Assembly (NCBI GenBank): GCA_951406725.2
Contig: OX597814.1
Coordinates: 19,220,001 to 19,284,000 of the forward strand
Source: Octopus vulgaris
Taxonomy: Eukaryota
DNA: 64,000 nucleotides
Direction of reading: 5' to 3'
Position 1 is the stretch's first letter, and every line of letters starts with the position of its first letter. Positions 55,324-64,000 of the stretch are shown piece after piece. The translations under genes and the position numbers were made by a program. Under the pieces are notes generated by a model. The model did no database searches, was not told the DNA's origin, and was given only the letters and a program-made list of their open reading frames with translations.

Positions 55324-55671
55324 AATCAATTGCCTTGCTTTCTTCTACGGAATACTCTATGCTTTAACCACAAATAGCAAAACTATTTGTATAATTGTTC
55401 AGACAAATTATATACACACGTATCTGAACAGCAGTGTGCCGCTGAGTTTGTTGATGCATACATGTGTAAGTACGTGTGAGTGCATTCTTCTATTACACAA
55501 TTTTTTTGTATTCGTAATCAATGAGGTTATGTGTAAATGAAGGCTAAGAATATAAGTTGATATATATATATATATATATATGAAGGGAGAGACAGACAGA
55601 GAAAGAGACAGAGTGAGAGAAAGAGTGACATCTAAAATAATACACACATGGGAGTTAGTTTGTATAACGTG

Positions 55672-55820
55672 GCATTTCGTCCGTCTTTCGTTCTGAGTTC
55701 AAATTCCGCCGTGGTCAATTTTGCTTTCATCATTTCGGGGTCGATAAAATAAGCACCATTTGAACACTGGGGACGATGTAATCGAATTAAACCCGCCCCG
55801 AAACTGACTTTTAATACCAG
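55672..55820 (+). mobile_element. Degenerate SINE B-related fragment
   Basis: GTTCTGAGTTCAAATTCCGCC...TTTCGGGGTCGATAAAATAAG. Confidence 0.75.
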
Positions 55821-55863
55821 GTCATTAGTGCTGTGCTTAAGTGAAATCTGAATAGATAGATAA

Positions 55864-55924
<61 letters not shown>

Positions 55925-55925
55925 C

Positions 55926-55992
<67 letters not shown>

Positions 55993-56293
55993 CAGACACA
56001 GACAAACAGACAAACAAATACATACATGCATACATACATACATACATACACACATACATACATACATACATTCATACACACATACATACATACATAGAAG
56101 TATGCATATGTATGTATATACAATATACATACAGGCATATACAAAAGGAGAGATTGGGCGGGAGGTGACATACTGACAGACACTAAGAGATTATGAGCCA
56201 TCTTAGAACGTGTAACTTCAATAGAATTAAAATTTCTACACACCGAAAGATGATGATGGTGCTGAAGTTGATGTATGTACATATGTATACCAT

Positions 56294-56365
<72 letters not shown>

Positions 56366-56421
56366 CAGAGAGAAAGAGAGAGACAGAGAGAGACAGACAA
56401 TATGTATATCTATATATTATG

Positions 56422-56456
<35 letters not shown>

Positions 56457-57102
56457 CTACTGCGCGCATGTGTACATACATGCGCGTGAATCCGTGTCAT
56501 GATGTGCATTGCCTATAAACGCATCGAAATGAATGAGTCAGATGGCTTAACAATTGACCCAAGATCATATACCAATATCGAGAATATTCTAATGACCTGA
56601 AACAAGGTTTTAAGCAATTCTGACATGTAATCCTGACTTCTAGACTTCAATAGGAATATTGGGATATAAATTCTTTACTGTGGCCTTCTCTAGTAGTTTT
56701 ATGATTTAAGAAATAACCTCTAGATATAAAACCTGGCCGCAGTGTAATGATCTCAGATTGCCTCAATATGCTTGCATTGTGTCTGCGCCTACATACACGC
56801 GTGTGTGCCTGTGTAATTGTTTGCGTATGTGTGAGTTTGTGGGCATGTGTGCGTGCATGTGTATGTGTGTGTGCGCGCGCAGTTTGTTTGTCTGCACGTG
56901 CGTGTGTGTCTATGTTCGTGTCAGTATGAGAGCATACAGGATACAAAAGAGGATATGTCAGGATTGATAATATAAACCACAGCAAACAGACTCGTAGACA
57001 CGTACGCAAACACGTATGAAATACAGTATGTAGGTACAAATATGTATTCACACACGCATATAATATTGATATTATGTAAATATAAATATATATATATATA
57101 TA

Positions 57103-57163
<61 letters not shown>

Positions 57164-57314
57164 ATAGTGGTAAAACAATGCAACACCAATATTTAATGGA
57201 GACAGCAGTAGATAACTTTATATATATCTATATCATGATAATAATAATAATAATTACATATATATATATATATGTATATTTATACATATATATATACATA
57301 TATATATATATATA

Positions 57315-58000
57315 TTAAAATTAAATAAGGGTAGAAGTTGATATTAATCAATTAAAACCAATGGCTTTGCATATTCTAAAAAAATCCGAAGATTAAAAAT
57401 TATTTTACATACAAAATTTAGAGGACTGACCACTAAAAGTGGACAGCCTATATGCTAAACATAGGCGTCAAATCGCCATTACCATGAAGAATGTGTTCTC
57501 AAGAAAAATCTCAGCAAAAAACCAAAATGCAAAAATAAGCAAGACAAATGAAAATATACGAAATAAAAAACGATTACCTATGTACCATTGGTTTCACTTG
57601 TTAATATTTACGTATATGGACACGCAAACATCTGCAAGCATAATTTACAGAACTAGATACAGAAGGCTCAACCGAAATCCAGCATGTATAAAGTTCTACA
57701 AATTATATTTAATTTTATCTTTCAAATGTCTTCACTTTGCCGCGCTGAGATCGGAAACTGCTCTGCAGTTAATAAACTACCACAGGCCTCTAAATTTTGT
57801 ATGTAAAACAATTTATAATCTTCGGATTTTTTAAAAATATGCTAAACCACTGGTTTTAATTGATTAGTATCAATTTCTACCCTTATCTTATTTTAACATT
57901 TTAAAAAATGTTCTCTAACCGGTAAATTGACTGTTGTAGTTTATTAACTGCAGAGTAGTTTCCGATCTCAGCGCGGAAAAGTGAAGACATTTGAAAGATA
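57315..58000. mobile_element. Interleaved inverted repeats (A...B-A'-B') between (TA)n tracts; probable rearranged pLTR
   Basis: A 57315-57424 vs A' 57787-57896; B 57716-57780 vs B' 57936-58000. Confidence 0.65.
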
Positions 58001-58010
58001 CACTTACATA

Positions 58011-58127
<117 letters not shown>

Positions 58128-58339
58128 TTATATTTTATATCTATATATATCTATATATAGATATGTTACTATACATGCTTTATACTACATGCATCAGGTG
58201 CTGGTTGAACTATGCAACCAAGAGGTTGCATGTACTATGAAGTATTTATAATAGTATTAGACTCTTATCAGATGGACTACTCTTATTACTGATTTTTACA
58301 CAAATTAATTTCGCATATATAGATATAGATATACACACG

Positions 58340-58377
<38 letters not shown>

Positions 58378-58399
58378 TACACACACACACACACAAGTC

Positions 58400-58700
58400 C
58401 CAGCTGTTCTATCTAAAGTGAGGACCATGTACTGCAATAGCTTGGGATACAAGAGCCCACAGCTATTTAACACCTTGACAAAACATGTGATGCATGGAGT
58501 GGAGGGTAGATGTTTTCAAGAAACAACTTGACCTCTTGCTAACTAAGATCGCCGATGAAGGCGAGAAACACAAATGAGGGCAGAAGCGTCGACCTCCTTA
58601 CTTCACCAACAGCCAATCACATTGAATTGGCCACTTAAAAGGTGATTATACTAAGAGTGCCCGAACATGGCCACAGCCTTAGGGCTGAAATATATAACAG
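58400..58700 (+). mobile_element. CR1/L2-like LINE 3' end
   Basis: RTMYCNSLGYKSPQLFNTL...DVFKKQLDLLLTKIADE; 3' end GTGCCCGAACATGGCCACAGCC...GCTGAAA. Confidence 0.75.
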
Positions 58701-58757
58701 AATACTGCTAACTCCAAAAGTTTTTTCTCTCTCTCTCTCTGTATATTTCGTCGTGCT

Positions 58758-58795
58758 TCTTTCTGTTGAAGAGCGTAGGCTCGAAAAGTAAAAGA
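58758..58795 (+). ncRNA. Minimal hammerhead motif (CUGUUGA core) in pLTR-like fragment (about 58740-58885)
   Basis: TCTTT-CTGTTGA-A-GAGC-GTAG-GCTC-GAAA-AG-TA^AAAGA. Confidence 0.7.
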
Positions 58796-59404
58796 CTTTC
58801 TTACCTTCCCGAGCGTCAAACTAATACACCTGCTTGTTTTTATACACCTGTCTTCGTCTTTTGTTTTTCTGTAAATTTCAACTATACACACACACAAACA
58901 CCTATATACGAACGGATTCATACAAAGCATATGTGTATCAATATACATATACTTATATATACATGTGTGTGTGTGTGTGTGTGTGTGTGAGTGTGTAGTT
59001 ATAAAGCATGTAAATAAGATGTGACATAAAGCTACCGGTAAGATGAAAGGCAACTAGTAAAGAAAGCATGTAGGTAATAAAAGAAGAAAACCATGAAAAA
59101 TAGGCAAATTAAACTGAAGTTAGATATAAGAGATAAAATGGCTGATATAGAAATGGAGCTGCTTTCGTATGTTTTATTACCTTTGATAAGTGTTTTCATT
59201 TATATTGCCGTCTACTAAAATGTATATTATTGAGTACGATGCTTCTGATATGGAGCGTGGTGTTAGATGCTTTCTCGTTGCTTCTTTAAACAAGTAGACT
59301 TGTCTATAGGTTAAACGTTTATGTATGGAGTCGATCTTGTAAATAATAAATATTGTTCCATTTAAATCGATATCAAATATAGAATTGAGTTTACACGGCT
59401 ATCT

Positions 59405-59580
59405 TCTTCCTGTACGTGGTACCCAGGCCAAAATCCTCCCCTTTTTTGTCCTCTTTCTTTCCTTTTACGATCCCTTTTGATCGAAAACCAACACCCTTTT
59501 TTTTTTACCCCAAAAGAAAAGCTCTACCTTGTAATTTGTTCTGTCTGTGTGCAGCCCTGTGTGGCTAATAAAGAAACATA
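59405..59580 (+). mobile_element. Probable LINE 3'-UTR fragment sharing its tail with SINE B
   Basis: Ends TGTCTGTGTGCAGCCCTGTGTGGCTAATAAAGAAACATA vs SINE B CTCTGTGTTTAGCCCCTTGTGGGTAATAAAGAAATA. Confidence 0.5.
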
Positions 59581-59747
59581 TCTTTACTACAGCCGCGAGC
59601 TGATTAATCCCTAAAAGGAAATTTGGTAAACGGAAGCTTTGCAGAATCTAGTCGTATGTGTGTATGTGTAACTGTGTGGAGCAGGCATGGCTGTGAGGTG
59701 CAGGCATGGCTATGCGGCGCAGTCATGGCTGCGTGGTGCCGGCGTAC

Positions 59748-60166
59748 CTGTGGGAAGTTTGCTTCCCAACCACATGGTTCCTGGCTGAATTCTAACTGCG
59801 CGGTACCTTGGGCAAGAGTCTTCTACTACAGGCTCGAGTCGACCAAAGCCTTGTGAGAAAATCTGGTAGAGAGAAACAGTCGTATATATAAATATATATG
59901 TGTGTGTCTGTGTGTGTGTGTATGTGTGTGTATTTGTGTGTGTGCATGTGTATGAGAGTGTGCGAGTGTGTATTTGTGTCTGTCTTTGTCCTCTATTAGC
60001 GCTTGACAACGGATGTTGGTGTGTTTATGTCCCCGCAACTTAGCGGTTCGGCAAAAGAAAACGTTAGAGTAAGTACTGGGCTTTAAAAAAATCCTGCAGT
60101 TGATTTTTTCAACTAAAACCTTTCAAGGTGGTGCTACATCATGGCCACAGTTAAATGACTGAAGCA
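59748..60166 (+). mobile_element. SINE A, diverged (further 3' piece at about 60360-60515)
   Basis: Matches consensus with substitutions. Confidence 0.85.
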
Positions 60167-60191
60167 TGTCAAAGCATATATCTACACACAT

Positions 60192-60222
<31 letters not shown>

Positions 60223-60248
60223 GCGAGAGAGAGAGAGAGAGAGTGTGT

Positions 60249-60285
<37 letters not shown>

Positions 60286-60794
60286 AGGTGTATACACACA
60301 CATACACACATATATATAATGTGTGTGCGTATGTACGTTTCTATGTCTTTGTCTTTGAGTTTGCGTTTGTTCTCTATTACCAACTGGGGTTTGGTTTGTT
60401 GCCGTCTCCATAACTTAGCGGTTCGTTAAACAATAAGTATTGCGGGCCGATTCGTTCGACTAAAACCTTCAAAGTTCTGCCTCAGCATGAGTGCAGTTTA
60501 ATAGCTAGAAATAGTTAAATGTTGAAAGGTAACCCATTAATGACACATTTCCTGCCCTTCGTATTTGTTTATCATGAACTTTGTTACTAAACGAGGCTGG
60601 AAGACCTGTATGTACTTAATTTCGGAGTACAGTTTAATACATATACTTGTTACATTCGCACAGATGCAAACATGCCCCCGAGCGCATACACGCATGTATG
60701 CCAACACTCATGCACACACAGCTACAAATATATTTCATATTTATGCATGTAGCACGAGGATAATGACTCTGGTAAAACTGTTCTGAAAATGAAT

Positions 60795-61920
60795 AAGACA
60801 GGTAGTCTTCCCAGAATCAATAAGTCCATATCCTGTTCGATGCACTCCTCTAGCAATTGTTTAGCCGACAATATTATATCCATAGTACTCCTACTGTCTC
60901 TAAACTCACATTGCGATTCTGGTAGAATCTCATCAGCAAGGTGCAGAAGCAATCTATCCAGCATTGCCCTACAGAGGACCTTTCCAGCAACAGCTAACAG
61001 ACAGATGCCGTGATAATTATCACAGACATCTTTTCCACCTTTAGATTTATATAGTATCTCCATAGTTGCGTCAAGCCAATCCGGAGGAACCTTTTCACTT
61101 TGCCAAACCCTCTGAATCACATCCGTCAACATTGCACAAAGATGATCCCCACCATATTTATATATCTCTGCACCTAGTCCATCCAGGGGCCTTTCCATTG
61201 TTCAGTTTCCTGATTGCTGCTTTTATTTCACCCAGGTTTGGAACTTCTGTTATAAGATGTTTTATGGGTCTCTCGGGTATATTATCAAGGAAAGAGAGAG
61301 ATCAACTTTAGTGGGTCTACTGAGAAACTCATTAAAATGTTCATTCCATCTCCCAACAATATCTTTAGTATTAGTCAATAATTCGGTGCCATACTTGCTC
61401 CGAAGTGGCGCAACCTTTGATGAAGCTGGTACATAAATTTTTTTCAAGAGAGAGTAAAAATGTTTGGAATTGTTAGCATTTGAAGCTTCTTGGATTTCAT
61501 CGCATCTATCACTCCACCAATGAAGAACTCCCATGACCACATGGGAGTTCCTCAAGTTTTGAAGCCAGAGTGGCTTTGATAGCAATTCCCACACCTGATT
61601 CTCTCTAATAGGTCTCCTCTCTACCGCTCCAAAATAAACGATAACCATCAGATTTCTCTACGAAATTCCCTTTTCCATGAATTCTTGTTTCAGCTAACGC
61701 TACAACATCCATATCATATCGCTGTAACTCTTTTGCAACAAGCGCGAATCTTCTTTTTGGACGATATTTCAGACAATCATTGTCTAATAACGTTTAAACA
61801 TTCCAGCAGCCTATATTCATAGGCTTGCAATTTAACTTGAATTTACTCACAGTTGCAGGATCACGACCGGATCCAGGCTTTTGTGCCCTAGGACACCTGC
61901 TGGGCCAGACCACTGAACAA
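60795..61920 (-). pseudogene. RTE/BovB-like LINE fragment (APE start, linker, RT N-terminus)
   Basis: MNIGCWNV*TLLD...ALVAKELQRYDMDVVALAETR; WWSDRCDEIQ; RWNEHF; DGLGAEIYKYGG; CDNYHGICLLAVAGKVL; LPESQCEFRDSRST. Confidence 0.92.
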
Positions 61921-62759
61921 AATGTTCCACAGCCCTTTTTGCCATTTGCTTCATTATCAATATGAACTTTCATTGTTTACATGTGCTTTTTTAAGCATCG
62001 GCCAGCCATGTACATACAAGGTGTCCATATCATCGCTGTTGGTGTGGTTACGTTCCCGTAACTTAGCGGTTCGCAAACACATACACACATATGCATATAT
62101 GTATATATATGCATGTGTGTATGTGTGTGTATTTTTCTTTCTGTGCGTAAGTGTCAGTGTGTGTGTGCATATAACTGCATCTGTTCATTCGTACACATAT
62201 ATAAATGTATGTACAATATATGTATATATGCCTATCCTTATGTATAAACGCATAGATTTATAGATGCATGTATGTAAATGTTTGTGTTCGAACGCACGTG
62301 TATGTGTTTATGTATGTATGTATGTATGTATGTATGTATGTGTGTGTGTGTATGTATGTATGTATGTATGTATGTATGTATGTATGTATGTATGTATGTA
62401 TGCTTGCTCATGTGTAGATGCAGTCATGTTGATGTATTTTCTCTTAGTACACGCTTCTCAGGTTCACCTTCTCTTCTGCAACCCGGTGTCACACAGGTTT
62501 GTTATGTATCCGCGTTCATGAAGTAGAAAAGAAGATTCAGCTGTCAGTCTGACATGTATTTTACTGAAGTGTCACCGGAATTTTTATATATATTGACAAT
62601 CCACGTGTTTCTTAGAAATAGGAAATGCTGCAGTATCTCTTTTAACACATAAACATATTGAATAATATATATGCTGTAAACGTACGTGCTTGAATATCTG
62701 TAATTTTCTTTTCCATGTATTTACCTAAATAGCTTTATGCATATTAATGAGCTTGCGAA

Positions 62760-62771
62760 TGTACATATATA

Positions 62772-62855
<84 letters not shown>

Positions 62856-62861
62856 GCATAC

Positions 62862-62897
<36 letters not shown>

Positions 62898-62964
62898 TAT
62901 ATATATACATACATATATATACATGCACACACACACGCGCACACACATATATACACATATATGC

Positions 62965-62996
<32 letters not shown>

Positions 62997-63080
62997 ATGT
63001 GTGTGTGAACGTGTGGGTATGTGTGTATGTATTAATTATATGCGTGTCTGTGTGAATATACATATATATTTATATTCCTT

Positions 63081-63162
<82 letters not shown>

Positions 63163-63300
63163 ACATACATAAGTATGTACATTTTATACAGCCTAAATTG
63201 CGTTTAGTGTATATATGTCTTTAAGCATATATATGTGTTTGTGTGTGTTTTTATGTGTGTGCTTGTGTGTGTTTTTTTGTGTGCGTGTGTGTGTGTGTGT
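62760..63300. repeat. Compound (TA)n/(CA)n/(GA)n microsatellite
   Basis: Directly visible. Confidence 0.95.
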
Positions 63301-63561
63301 GCATCATGTAAGAGTGATTGAGGTTTTTTATTAAGTTTAAATAGTCGCATATGTATCGTATTTAAAATGCAATATTTATGTTGTAGTGCTGTATCTCTCC
63401 TCTTGTTAAAAGACTATAAACATGGGAGAGAGACGAAAATTCGTCGCAGAAGCGTCTAGCCAGATGCGTTTAGGATTCAGCACATCATTCGAATGGCGTG
63501 TACTAGCAGCTACATGCTGGTACGTACATTGGTTGCCGCCGATATAATAAACGGTAAATAA

Positions 63562-63782
63562 GGCAGCGAGCTGGCAGAAACGTTAGCACGCTGGGCGAAA
63601 TGCGTAGCCGTATTTCGTCTGCCGTTACGTCCTGAGTTCAAACTCCGCCGAGGTTGACTTTGCCTTTCATCCTTTCGGGGTCGATTAAATAAGTACCAGT
63701 TACGCACTGGGGTCGATATAATCGACTTAATCCGTGTGTTTGTCCTCTCTGTGTTTAGCCCCTTGTGGGTAGTAAAGAAATA
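63562..63782 (+). mobile_element. SINE B, full length with TSD
   Basis: TSD GGTAAATAA at 63553 and 63783. Confidence 0.92.
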
Positions 63783-63894
63783 GGTAAATAATGCATTCAC
63801 ATTATTCAAAGTTGATGCAATTCACTTTTACCATTCTAAACTTCAACTACTAAATTCGCTCTCTACCATCACAATTATCAGACGACAAACAATA

Positions 63895-64000
63895 ATTTTT
63901 TCTACTCTAGGCACAAGGCCCGAAATTTTGTGGGTACGGACCAGTCGATTAGATCGACTCCAGTACACAACTTGTACTTAATTTACCGACTCCGAAAGGA
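63895..64000 (-). mobile_element. SINE B-related 3' part, cut by window edge
   Basis: Reverse complement TCCTTTCGGAGTCGGTAAATTAAGTAC...GTCGATCTAATCGACT. Confidence 0.7.

Noticed and set aside
62440-62500. Possible micro-exon (TTCTCTTAG/CTCAG ... CAG|GTTTGT)
   Set aside because: Splice-like motifs this weak are expected by chance; no recognisable peptide.

Overview
AT-rich, repeat-saturated eukaryotic DNA. The tRNA-derived SINE families, dense (TA)n/(AGAT)n/(ATGT)n microsatellites and LINE/mariner relics look like an octopus (cephalopod) intronic or intergenic region; this is inferred from repeat content. No intact host protein-coding gene can be supported, and almost all ORFs in the track are microsatellite or SINE artefacts. 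Contents: (i) about 30 copies of four tRNA-derived SINE families (my labels A, B, C, E), several with target-site duplications (TSDs); (ii) six non-autonomous Helitrons (5'-TC...CTRR-3' plus subterminal hairpin); (iii) decayed Tc1/mariner transposases; (iv) fragments of R4/Dong-, RTE- and CR1-like LINEs; (v) short Penelope-type terminal-repeat (pLTR) pieces, mostly beside (TA)n tracts, carrying minimal hammerhead ribozyme folds. The most striking signals are these. The hammerheads use several different catalytic cores, including a G3-C8 swap of the canonical C3-G8 pair. SINE B forms 184-bp concatemers with a fixed junction, and one dimer sits inside a single TSD. SINE 3' tails match LINE-like 3' ends in the same window. 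There is a perfect 298-bp palindrome. One unique-sequence island near 14.8-15.0 kb could be an exon or a regulatory element.
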